Shown piece by piece: positions 47,201 through 59,443 of a stretch of DNA of 64,000 nt. The DNA is from Schmidtea polychroa (taxonomy: Eukaryota), in NCBI GenBank assembly GCA_044892525.1, contig CM097885.1:115134001-115198000 (forward strand), in the 5' to 3' direction. Every line of letters begins with the position of its first letter. The stretch's first letter is position 1. The translations under genes were made by a program, and so were the position numbers. The notes under the pieces are model-generated. The model saw nothing but the letters and a program-made list of their open reading frames with translations. It did no database searches and was not told the origin of the DNA.

Positions 47201-48784
47201 AGGAAACTTAAAATTGTACTTTTTGATTCTATGTAAAACATTCCAATATATCATTAGCCAGAAAATATATAGAAGTCAAAATATAAGCGCATTAAAACAT
47301 AGTTAAAAATAGTTTTATTTACAAAACTAAATTCAATATTTTTAAATTTCTTTTAATTGTACCGATAAAATATTACTAACTTTGCTTCGTTCCGTGCCAT
47401 TAAAGCTGCAGCAAGCAATTCATTTGTTATCCAATTTTCACAAATGTCTTCATCTAGTTTCATTAACTGACCAACCACTTGCATTGTTGATATTAATAAC
47501 TCACCTAATTATAATATTAATGTTATTCAAAATTTTGAATTAATATACTAAACTATTAATAGAAGAATTAAGAATAAATAAAATGTGATTGAAGAAATTC
47601 TCATTTGATTTAATTACGTACATCCACTTGGAGGAACAACTAGAATTCTTCAAAACAATTTTGATCAACCTGAATATTGTAAAGTATTATGAATTTAATA
47701 TGTAAAAATACCTAGCGCACTCCAATAAAAAAGATGGGCAATCAGATGACCAAAATGATATTAACAGTTTACTAGAATTTCATGTAAATAAGAAAATAAA
47801 ATGTGACAATCGACTAACACAATTGATAAATTTCTTGTTATTTGATTACATAATTCATCATTAGAGGCAAAATTAGTCAAGATTCCAATAAAAAGTTCCT
47901 AAAAAATTTTAAAATACTGAAATATGTGAAAATTTACCAATAAAAAGTTTTAGTGCTTACAATTTATATCTCAAAAATTTTTAAAAATAAAAACAAGCAC
48001 GGAATACAAAATATCTATAATAAAAAATACACAGTTGGACAATAAATTATGGAATTTAACAATAAGGGCCTATTTTGAAATAAAAAATATGAATTAAGGG
48101 TGTGTTCCCGTCAAAACAAATACCTACTATTATATAATGATTACATTTCTTATGTAAGAATTGATATTTTATCAATGGAACGTGGTCAATTGTTACCTAG
48201 TAACATACGTAATTAATTCACTCTTAATTAACTAAATTATATTTTATTACTAAAATGAACTAACTATTAATTCTTACAAAACTCACTAGAACACATCAAT
48301 TGCTAGTTACAGCTATGCATAAACACTTCCCAACACGATTTGTTAATGCAAATAAGTACAAGCTTGCAAATAACGAACCCATGCGATGTGATGGTTAGTA
48401 AGGGTTAATTAATTTTTTTTTAAATAATTAAATACCATTATTGTAATAATAAAATATCTAATTTTGTCTTACATTAAATCTATCAGATTTATTGATACTT
48501 ATGGCATGACATATAGGTTCAATAAAGGCAAAATTTTTGATAAAGCATAGTACGTCTTCTTCAACAGTCATGTCCATAAATTTACATAAATCATCATCAA
48601 AATCAAAATCTTCGTTAGCTACTTCAGGATTATGTTCAACTGAACAATAATTGATTAACTGACTCATGATTCTTTTAATAATATCAATGCAAGTTAATTT
48701 ACTATAGCAAGTTTCACCAATTAAATCACATCTTAAATCTTCTTCTTTTATTCCTGGAGGAGGCGATATATTTCTCAAAGCCAT
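38225..48784 (-). CDS. SAAL1: Host SAAL1-like gene (multi-exon)
   Basis: Exon 48473-48784 (RNISPPPG..DLIGETCYSK..CKFMDMTVEEDV) resembles the SAAL1 N-terminus as I recall it (RNPSPPP..DCIGSTVYSK..CRVWDMSMDEDV). Phase-consistent GT-AG exons at 47819-47898, 47712-47771, 47554-47669, ~47385-47504; later exons 40222-40538 and 38225-38422. Some middle exons were not resolved. Confidence 0.8.
39749..39900 (+). pseudogene. Degraded ORF-X 5' fragment in a SAAL1 intron
   Basis: tgtag|actATG, then LKPCFSCSDN and LLKKKIAHLEG. Confidence 0.6.
40762..40940 (+). ncRNA. Conserved structured motif, copy C
   Basis: GGTAAGTCCTTCTATCGGCAC..TTCCTAA..GGGCTCACCTGC..ACCAACATG. Confidence 0.5.
42856..44903 (+). mobile_element. 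LTR of a related giant-element family
   Basis: Starts TGTTGGGCT like the main LTR; A-rich U3; GATTGG; GTATATAAG at 43217; 30-bp direct repeat containing AAG|GTAAAA donor at 43272/43273; followed by ORF-X and the motif. 3' end is tentative. Confidence 0.6.
45288..46027 (+). pseudogene. More divergent ORF-X homologue (frameshift near 45850)
   Basis: RPCLSCADKN, LEGTYFSPSQMKE, CRD..LEE.R, basic patch KKRRQPSRAERTKRKR. Confidence 0.8.
46363..46578 (+). ncRNA. Conserved structured motif, copy D
   Basis: GCAGG/CCTGC hairpin; CATGAT-GTAA-ATCATG hairpin; TAGTCCTAA pairs with TTAGGACTA. Confidence 0.6.
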
Positions 48785-49555
48785 ACTAAATAAGAAAAAA
48801 AATTTTTTTTAATTTAATATTGTAGGTATTTGAAAAACACATGTAATCAATTCGCTTTAATTAAAATAAACAAATTAAGTATCGAGATAAAATTAACATA
48901 GATAAATTCAAAATATATACCAGTTATTAACAATAATTATTGTTAATTTGATTATTGATAGAAGGTAATTAATTTTAAATAAAATTTCAAATTTTAAATA
49001 TATAATATAAATTGATTATGCCAGACAAATTAATATCGTATATATAAACAAAGCATAAAATTGCATAAAAACTATTTTTTTTGAACTGCAAAATAAATAA
49101 AATTATACAAATCACTTTTTAGGTATTGTTAAATATTAATATTGTTAACAAATTTTTATGATAATAAAATAATTAACAGAAGTTCAATGATATTTTTCTA
49201 TTTTGATCTTTTGTAATCTTATATATGGCATAGTAATTAATTTTGTAATTAACTGGCATTGATGAATGTTGCACGCAGATATTGCGATGGCTAATTAACT
49301 TATTTCCAGACATTAGATCAAGTGAACATTTTGAGAATGAACTCATTGTCGATTATAAAGCGCTTTATTAATTTTTGTGGCTACACCTACAAAGGTAAAC
49401 ACACTGATGTTGAGGTCTTACTATTTGAGATTCTCAACTTTACTGGTTCTTATGTAAATAAAAGAAATATGAGTCTTTGTATAAATATTGTTGGGTAATC
49501 GACTATGTCAACAAGAGCTTACTAGTTACAAGGGGATGATGGTCGAGAAAAGAGA

Positions 49556-49760
49556 AGTAGCCCTACACCATTTTATGCTGACCGCAAATCAAAAACCCAC
49601 ACGATTACTTTCTCATCATGACACCCATGATTTACATCATGTTGGTGCTGTGCCATGATGGCGAGATAAGATGAAGCAGGTGAGTCCCTGCCTTAGGACT
49701 ACTCCTTCACCCTATCTCGACTCCTCCGTTTTCTGACGGCCGATAGAAGGTCCTACGTCA
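49556..49760 (-). ncRNA. Conserved structured motif, copy E
   Basis: The reverse complement has the same blocks; AGTAGTCCTA pairs with TAGGGCTACT. Confidence 0.6.
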
Positions 49761-50019
49761 CCCGCGTCGAAATTCAGTGAAATCCATTTTCTGACATTAC
49801 GTTATTCGCCTAGAAATCGTCATGATCAACATGTCCCATATCAAAATAAATAGCTTCAGCAACAACACAGAGACTATAATTAATTATTACAAGATCTAAA
49901 ACATTGAAGTAATCTCGTCAATGTTGACTCAATAGATCTCAGACAACACGCAGAGTCAAAAACGCATTACACAGATTGAACATACGGGATCATAACATAG
50001 GCGCAATCAATCACAAAGT

Positions 50020-50119
50020 AGACGGAGACGTGCCAGCAAATAGTTCGTCCAAGTCGAAAAAATCAGCAGCATCTTCTTCCCATGAGGTACTAGGAGGAGG
50101 CACCATTTGAAGCTGGCGA
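50020..50119 (-). pseudogene. ORF-X 3' fragment truncated by the palindromic element
   Basis: Reverse complement cctcatgggaagaagatgctgctgattttttcgacttggacgaactatttgc aligns with 45950-46010. Confidence 0.65.
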
Positions 50120-52409
50120 GTTTTGACCCCCTAAGGGTACTGGTCGTAAGGGTACTGGTCGTTGGGTATTAGTCGTAAAGGTACTAGTCGTAAGGGTATT
50201 GCTAACTCTTAATCCCCACCTACCCGTTAACTAGCTACTAAGTACTAACAACCACCTACCAAGTACATACAACCACCATCAACCAGCTACTAAGCATTAT
50301 CAACCTACAACTATATAACAACAATCAGTAAACAACACTGTACCAACTATCAAGTACAATATACCAACAACATAGTATCATCAACCAGTAACTTACGAAC
50401 ATGTACTAACAACCAACAACTATGTATTAACAAATAGATCTTTAAAAGAAAATACTCTTCACTTGCAATATTGATCACACTCAATCCCACCTACTCATTA
50501 ATTAACTACCACATACTAACAACCACCATCAAAACCCATCGAGAAATTAACAAATATCAATCTACAACTATATAACAACAATCAGTAAACAACACTGTAC
50601 CAACTACCAAATACAAGATACCAACAACTAGATACCAAGTACCAACAATCAACTAATTACACATAAAAATAATAGCAATTAAATACAAAATATTCTTCAT
50701 CACATACACTATCTTCTTATCAAAATCTAAAAAGTCAATCAGATACCAACTACCAAGTACCAACTACTAACAACCAACAACTATGTACTAACAAATTGAT
50801 CTTTAAAAGCAAATACTCATCACTTGAAAAATTGGATGGAAAATTAATTGAACTCAAGGCATCAATAACTATGTAAAAATTGATTAAATTATTGTAAAAA
50901 TTTAAATTATTCAAAATACATATCATAAAAATTTAATTAATGTACATTTTTTCTGGTTGTTCTCAATTTTTCTGATATTTTGATGGTTCAATATTACGTT
51001 TTCTATTTTTTCAATTATTTCGCTTTCGATTCTTGTGTCTAGATTTATTTGTAAATCTAGTTCGTTGCTTGTTACTACTCTCATCATATTGATTTGTATT
51101 ACTCTTCTTTGTTGCCTTTCACACATTTCTTCTATTCCATTCTCATTGTTGTTTTGTTGGGTTATTTTCGATTTGTAATCTGCCTCCTACGCATTGTAAC
51201 ATATTCATTCTTGATTTTTGCTTTCCTTCCGCTAGAGATTGATAATTGATCATGTTACTGCACAGTCTTATGAAACTTATAGCCAATAATATTCTCGATC
51301 CCTGCCTATCTCCTGAAGGTGTCAATGAAATTAATGCCAATATATCAACGCTTATTAAATCTACCATCAACGCCAATTATGACTTTAGCTCATCTGAAAT
51401 TACACCTCCATTTAATTATTACATAAAGGATGATGAATACTCACATAATACTAACCATTACCAGGCTTCAAAGGGTCTTGTCCGTTTAGTATGTGTCGCC
51501 AGAATGTTATAAAACTATGACCCTGGGCAAAAGTTCGATGAGAACGCAAAAGGGATATAAATGCTTTCTTCGAAATTGCTTGTACTAAGTGTAATATATC
51601 AGACTTTGTATACTCCAAATTTCTACCAGATGTCCTTGAAAATTTAGCATATATAACAGCTACCTTGTGCTTAGAGAGCAACACTTGATATCTATTAATA
51701 ATTTAAAGAATATTAAAAAAATTGAACAAATCCCTGATCTGAAATTACCTAGTGATAACCTGCCACTGACTATCAATAACGAGTCTATTACACCCAAAAA
51801 CTATAGTAAAAAGAAGAAAAGGAAAAGACGTAATTAAGCGGTTCCTTTTCTTCTTTCATTGTTATCAATAGGTTAACGTAAGGATCCTTGTATGGGTCCT
51901 GCCTATTGATAAATACTTTTTAGTTGTTTTTATCTATATTATAGAAATATCCTTCTTTTATCCTATTCACCAAATGTCTATTATAATAAGTGGTGAATTA
52001 CGAGCTCAATGCGCGTCTGTGTGCGCGTTGTATTGTGTGATGGGTTTGTGTGTGCACACAGACGCGAGCAATGTCATTTTTGTGTTGGGTTGTTAGTTGA
52101 TCTCGCGCCTGTGTGCGCTTTTCTTTTCTTTGTTTTTGGCTGTGTGCGCACACAGACGCGAGCAAGAGGTATTTTCAATTTTAAATTAGGTTTGTTGTAA
52201 TTTGTGTTTTAGATTTAGAATTTTTATGGATTTTTGAAATTGTGAATATTAGAGTTGTTAATGGTATCGATCTTCGGTTTATGAATTTTAGAGAGTTGGT
52301 AAAGATGGCTGCTGTTAATTATGATTCAAACAATATGATCCAGGATAAATGTTCTTTGGAATCGGATAACTTTAATGGTGGTTTTGGCCAACTAATATTA
52401 AATTTATTT

Positions 52410-52790
52410 GGTGGATGGATTTCCGTTGTTATTCGATGCAATAATTGTGATGTAGTAGCTACACAAAGAAAGGTTCCAGATAAAATGATTGAGAAGAGTT
52501 CAGCTACAAGATTATTTAATATTACTGAAAGTACTGGAGGTGTTATGACTGGTATGATCCCTGATTATCGATCTCAAGTATGTCGTGCACAAATGGAAGC
52601 AGCTCGATTTAGATATAAAAATGGATATGAAATGCCTTGCGGCATAATATGTCGTTCTATTGCGGATATTAAGCAGCTTTCTACCCAATCAACTGAGATG
52701 CGACCATTAGGTTGTTCAATGATGGCATTATCTTATGGTATGGACATGGACAAATTGTTGTTATTCAAAACTGGCTCTGTGGATGGAAAT
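52410..52790 (+). pseudogene. PSMA6: Proteasome subunit alpha type-6 fragment
   Basis: TQRKVPDK..LFNITES.G.VMTGM..D.RSQV.RA..EAA...YK.GYEMP..IADI.Q..TQ..EMRPLGC; lacks N- and C-termini. Confidence 0.85.
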
Positions 52791-53146
52791 AAAATTATTA
52801 TGCTTTATCTTGAATTTAAACATGAACAATAAGTATAATCAACATTATAATCGCTATATCCCATATACGGAGTTTTCCTACTCCAATCCATTAAACCTTT
52901 AGATAAAATGATGAATCACCAGGAAGCCTCGAATACAAGCCTAACCGAAAAATGACAGCAACCTTGGAGTAGCCAATACACAGAGTTGATTATCTGAATC
53001 TAATCTATGAATGAATGTCCGGTGTATCTGTATGGCCATGGCTAGCCATGATTATCTATTATCATGCCTGAAGATGCTTACCGGAAGAAGTAACGACGTA
53101 CAAATGTGGGAGTTTATAACTCTAACATTAAAAGATTTAAAGAATT

Positions 53147-53235
53147 AAAAGCTATAGATTACATAAGGGTGAGAATTTCTCCACTTCGGCAAAGATGCTA
53201 GTTGGATTGATTAAAATAAAATTTGATTTTTTTTT
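53147..53235 (+). mobile_element. 3' end of a LINE/SINE related to the 21.2-kb insertion
   Basis: aaaagct.tagatt..aagggt.gagaa..tctcc..ttaaaataaaatttga(T)n aligns with the reverse complement of 21218-21320. Confidence 0.65.
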
Positions 53236-56200
53236 CAAATTACTTGTGGCCAGAGAATATTATAAATTGTTTAGACAATTTAATTACCTTTTCATAGAGA
53301 GGAAAAAGATTACTGAGGCCACTTAAGTAGGTAGTTAGTAGCCCTACCTCCCCCCACGGAGGAGAGGGGTGAGTTGTTTTTGATTACGCAATTGCTCCAG
53401 TGGGCTACGCTTATTTTTTTCAATACATTTAGATAGGCCCTATAAAGAAAAGGTCACTGCTTCAGAAGACTACGCTTATATTTTTCAATACATTTAGATA
53501 AGCCCTATAGAAAAAAGGCCAAGATTTTCAGACTATAGTGAGGAGCTTTCGATGGAACCTGAGAATTTCAATAGAAAAAAGGGTCCTCGGTAAAAATGCC
53601 AAGGATTTCTCTGACTAAAGTGAGGGGTCTCCTTGGTCCTGGAATTTTCAATACAAAATCCGATTATCACTAAAAAGGCAAGGTAATTTAAGGTCTCAAG
53701 ATATTTGCAATAGAAAAAGGCGGTCTTCTATAAAAAAGCCATGAATAAGTCAGTATTATTTGGGTAGGTCTCCTTGGTCCTGGGATTTTTAATACAAAAT
53801 CCGACTATCACTAAAAAATGCATAGAATTTTCAAAGTAAATTAAGGTGGGGCACCTTGGTCCTAGGATTTTCAATACAAATTCAATTATCACTAAAAAAG
53901 CATGGTAAATTTTTGAATTAAAGTAAATTATGGGTCTAAAAATTGAATCTTTAATAGAAAATAGTCTTCACTTGAAAATTGGATAAAAAATTAATTGAAC
54001 TCAAGGAACTTGTATGATTTACCAATAACTAGGTAAATATTGATTAAATTATGGTCTAAAACTTAAATTATTCAAAACATACTAAATAAATATCATAAAA
54101 ATGTAATCAATGGACAAGAAAGAACTTTAAATTCTAATCATTAATCATCCAGTAAATAAAAAAAATACTAATCATTCAAGTTAATATGAATCAACTAAAA
54201 TAATAAATTAATAAGATCTAGTAAATAAATGGTTTAGACTGAATAAATTAATTGAATAAATTAATTGAAATAAATTAATTTCAATTATTCTTTAAGACAC
54301 ACGTATATTGAAATTCATTGAGTGATTAATCAAATTATTCATTTACAATTATCAAATTCAACAATATCTTAGAAATAAATATCAAAAGAGACTGATATAA
54401 GCTTACTAATGATAAAATCTAATAAACAAGTAAATTCTTTTAACTGACAATAATTGGTATATCCAATAAAATCATCTAAAAAGCAACACATTCCCTGAAA
54501 TGACTCTATCTTTAAAGATTATTTTAACGATAAATACCCTTAAAAAGTTATATATTTCCTTCAGACTAATAAGATTCCTTAAAATCCTTTTAAATGACTA
54601 TAATTATATCTTTAATTTCTATTATCACACATATTTCACTAAAATCATCAAAAATTAATATGCTCATTAACCCTAAATAATTTATAAAATCTATTGATAA
54701 AACCAGTTATATTTAAATTTTTGTTCTCAAACTCGACATTTAAAATAAATATTACTGTACAATATAACTGAGTAGTTGCATTGCAAGATTAAATTTATCC
54801 ATCAAATAAAATCTAATGATAAAACCAGTTATAATTAAAAAATGATTAAGAATAATTAAAATTTTTGTTCGAAATCACTCGGAATTTAAAATAAATATTA
54901 CTATACAATATAACTGAGTAGTTGCATAGAAAGATTAAAGTTATCCATTCAATAAAATATATTTCTTCAAATGGTCATTAATATTTTACCGATATTCAAC
55001 CGATTTAATTACTAATTAAAATCACCCGATAAATTTCTTCCAATAAAGATCAATTTTCTTTAGTCGATGTTTTAAGTCAATATTTCTCAACTTTTGTCAT
55101 TTTCCGCCTAAAGTAAAGATAAAAATAATTTAAAGTTGATATCAATCCCAATTATCTGTAAACATTTCATTGTCAAAACCAAGTAAATTGGTCATTAACA
55201 CTACTTAACAAAACCCTGGATAATTAATAGAAAATTTTTTAAAACATTGTTCTAAACCATAAATCTAATTTAATTTACTGTGCATTCATTACAATCTAAT
55301 AAAACGATATAATTTCACATTATTATTGATTCATAACTGACTAATGTATTACAATTTCCCTTAAAACATTAATATTTTACCAACATTACCCATTTAAATA
55401 TTCAAAAGATTCCATCTTAACCGATCCCTCATTAAATCCAACGACTATATCCCCCTTAAAATGATATATTTCAACCTTAACTGATCTCTCACCAAATATA
55501 TTTACTCTTTAAACATCAATATACATCAATAAACATCAATATACCCTTAATTTCCCAAAAGATTCCACCCACTTGAGCCCTTAATATATATATCCTCTTA
55601 AAATCCATAGAGAATTCTTACAGACACCAAACATTCTTTCATTGAAATAATTTAGAAGCTAAATAATAAAAGCCCACGTAAAGATTAAAATGCAGTAAAA
55701 TTTTCTACAAATATTTCACCCGTCAAATACCTACCGAGAGATGATATATATTGATCATAATTCTTCATCGATTCAGCCAATCATTTTCAAGCAATTATAG
55801 CAAACTAAATCACAAATTTCAGTATATTCTACAATAATTTTCAAGTAAATTTAAAAATATTTGTCCTTGATAAAGTTAACTGGTTACTTAACTCATGATT
55901 TTTAAAAGATCATTTATGTGTAAATGGAAATATTCTTAGAAAATTATTGAAAAAATTATTTAGTCAAATTCAATATCATTACAAAGTCATCCAAATTAAG
56001 CCTATTACTTGATTATTAACTTAACAGTCATTAAAAATTAATTTTAATTTAAAATTTAAAAACAAGTCATTAAAAATACAGCAAATTATCAAGAAATTAA
56101 TTAAATTTTCCTTAGAATTAACATTAAATTTTCAATTATTCTGTCATTTTTACGAATTTCTATCTTTTTCATGAATTTCTGTCAGTTTTGTGAATTTATA

Positions 56201-57497
56201 TCATTTTAGTGAATTTGATGTTGATTGAAAGAATATTTTTAAATTTAAGGTTTTAATGTTAATTCTAAGATAAATGTAATTAATTTCTTGATAATTGGCT
56301 GTAATTTTATTGACTTGTTTTTAAATTTTAAATAAAAATTTATTTTTAATGATAGCTTAAAAATTATAGTTGGTATAATAATCAAGTGACAGGATAAATT
56401 TTGTTGATTATGACTTGGTAATGATATTGAATTTGACAAAATAATATTTTCATATATTTTTATGAATTTCATGTTGATTGATTAAAAATTCAAATTTTAA
56501 TGGTAATTTTAATTGAATTTCTTGATAATTTAATAAATCTTTTTGATTTGTTTTTTAATTTTAAATAAAAATTAATTTTTAATGACTGTTATGTTAATAA
56601 TCAAGTTTAATTTATGATGACTTTGATATGATATTGAATTTGACTAAATAATTTTTTCAATAAATTTCTAAGAATATTTCTATTTACACATTGATGAACT
56701 TTTAAAAATCATAAGCTAAGAAACCAGTTAACTTTATCAAGGATAGATATTTGAAATCTACTTGAAATTTATTGTAGGATATACTGAAATTTATGATTTA
56801 GTTTGCTATAATTGCTTGAAAATTATTGGCTTAATCGCTGAAGAATTAAGATCAATCAATATATATCATCTCTAGTTAGTTATTTGATGGATGAAATATT
56901 TGTAGAAAATATTGATTTTTGATCTTTTAGTGGGTTCTTATTATTTAGCTTCTAAATTATTTCAATGGAAGAATGTTTGGTGTCTGTAAAAGTTAATGAA
57001 AATTCATATTTTAAGAGGATTGATTGAATTAAAGGGGGAATATAACCTCAAGTGGGTAGAATTAAGTGATATAGTCGGTTAGATGTTTAAAAGGGTAGAA
57101 ATATTTAATGAGGATCGGTTTAGATGGGAATAAATGATTTTTAAGGGGATATAGTCGGTTGGATTTAATGAGGGATCGGTTAAGATGGGAATCTCTAGAA
57201 TATTTAAATGGGTAATGTTGATAAATATCAATGTTTTAAGGGAAATGGCAATACATTAGTCAGTTATGAATAAATAATGTGAAATTATATTGTTTTATTA
57301 GGTTGTGATTAATGCATTGTAAATTAATTTAGATTTATGGTTTTGAACAATGTTTTATTAAATTTTCTATTAATTATCCAGGGTTTTGTTAAGTAGTGTT
57401 AATGACTAATTTACTTGGTTTTGACAATGAAATCTTTACATATAATTGGGATTGACATCAACTTTAAATTATTTTTATCTTTATGTAAATGTTATAG

Positions 57498-59443
57498 TAA
57501 GGTGGCCATTTGTAAGCGTTTACCGCGTACAGTAATCGTTCAACCCACTGTACGCGTATGAAAGTGTACATGATAAGCAAATAAGCAAATAATCAAATTT
57601 TAAATTAGTTAGCAGACATTTTTGTTTGTGTCCTAAAATAAAAATAAATTACAAAAAAATTTAAAAGTGACTTTACATAAAAAATTAAGTAATGGTAAGT
57701 ATGACGTTATTCTGTTTTTTGAGTTATTTTTATGAAAATTTAAGATAAAAAAGTACATTAATAAATAATATATTTTTTTGCAGATAAAATGAGCGAGCAA
57801 TTTAAAAAGAGACGATTAAATACATTTAATGAAAAATTGAAGACGGAATTTCCCTTCATCTTACAAATAAAAGAAGAATTGGTAAAATGCACCATTTGTT
57901 TTGGTCAATTTGATATTAGTAGTCGTGGCCGATCAGCTATTGAAGACCACTGTATAAGTAGTAAACATAAATCTGTTTTTGAAGCTTCGTCATCATCCAA
58001 GAAAATTACAAATTTTCTAAGAAGCTCGAGTTACGGACAATGTGAAAAATTGATGGCAATTCAAGAAGGAACGTTTGCATTTCACACAATTAAACATAAT
58101 CACAGCTTCCGCAGTACTGATTGCACCTCAAAATTATTCAAAATATTTTATAGCCAAACATTTAGTTGTGCTAGAACTAAATGTGAAGTAATTGTTATTA
58201 ATGTTTTAAAAAACTACTGCGATGATAATTTGGAAAATGATCTGTCAAAAGCCTCATATGTTACCTTGCTTTCCGATGCATCAAATCAGCATGAAATAAA
58301 ATTGTAACCAATTCTGGTTAGATATTTTGATATCATAGAGTCAAAGTTCAATTATTTAATATGGAATCAATTACAAGTGAAACGTCAGAGTATTTGTCCG
58401 AACACATTTTTAAATGTGTTAATGATAAAAAAATGTCTAACAAAATATTGGCTATTTCTGCAGACAACACAAACTTAAATTTCGGTGGATTGAAGCGACG
58501 AGGAATAAACAATGTCCACAAAAAATTAATTAATTAATTTCAGCGAAACATTATTGGAGTCGGCTGCAACGCACACATTTTATCTAATGCAATTAATACT
58601 GCCTCGTCTGCTGCTAAAGTTGCTATAATTTTAAAAGATTTAGAAGAACAAATTGAAACCAGAAAAGACAAACAGTTTCTACCCAACTATTAAAAAACGC
58701 TGAAAAATCAAATAATGATATTAAGAAAAGGTTTATGAAGGTAGTTGACAGTTGTTATCGTATTTGTTCGAAATACTTAGAAGAATGGACTCAGCATTTT
58801 AAAGTGTATATATTCGCATGGTCATTACTTCATGAAAATGTATAATGGGAACCAGTTACTGGCACAATTTCTTATTTGAAAAATTTAGTTCAATTTGAAA
58901 TCGACTACAATGAATTGTTTGATGAAGTTCATAGAGTGAATTTGTATTGTACAGAAGAAAAGTTTGTAGAATGGCACTTAAAAGCAATCGAACCAGACAA
59001 ACGTTGGGTTGAAATTTTTTCTCACTTTACAAAATACCAAATTCCATTCCTAAATATTTTAAAATTGTTGAAGCAGCTTTTTGTTTGTCAGATACAAATG
59101 CTTCAGTTGAGAGAGTGTTTTCAATTGCCAATGACATTTGGATTGAAGAAAAATGGCGATTATCTGTGAATGCATTGTCTGCAATATTAAAAGTCAAATT
59201 TAATTTACGAAAATTAAACTACTGAATTTACCGATATATTAGAAAAAGATGAAACAATCTTGATAAAAATTCATTCCGTTGAAAAATACAAAAAATAAAT
59301 AATATAAAATATTATATGTACTTGAAATGTGATTTGAATCAGTATTTTATTGAAATAAAATAACTTTTTTTGTTTATTTGGTAAAAATTAAAGTTCATTT
59401 TTATAAAATACGGGTTTAGAAAAAACTTTATATGGTCACCTTA
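57498..59443 (+). mobile_element. Degraded hAT transposon (Blackjack-like)
   Basis: TIR TAAGGTG(G/A)CCAT; GTTATAG duplicated at 57491-57497 and 59444-59450; transposase remnants (CTIC zinc finger, SADNTN, GCNAH, SVERVFS). Confidence 0.85.

Noticed and set aside
51143-51684. Short ORFs possibly from a degraded gene
   Set aside because: No recognisable motif or consistent splice structure.
51860-51912. Small inverted repeat ttatcaatagg...cctattgataa
   Set aside because: Single 11-bp stem in AT-rich DNA with no second copy or context.
53400-53900. Degenerate 40-50-bp tandem repeats
   Set aside because: Probably subterminal repeats of a decayed transposon; no termini or TSD could be defined.
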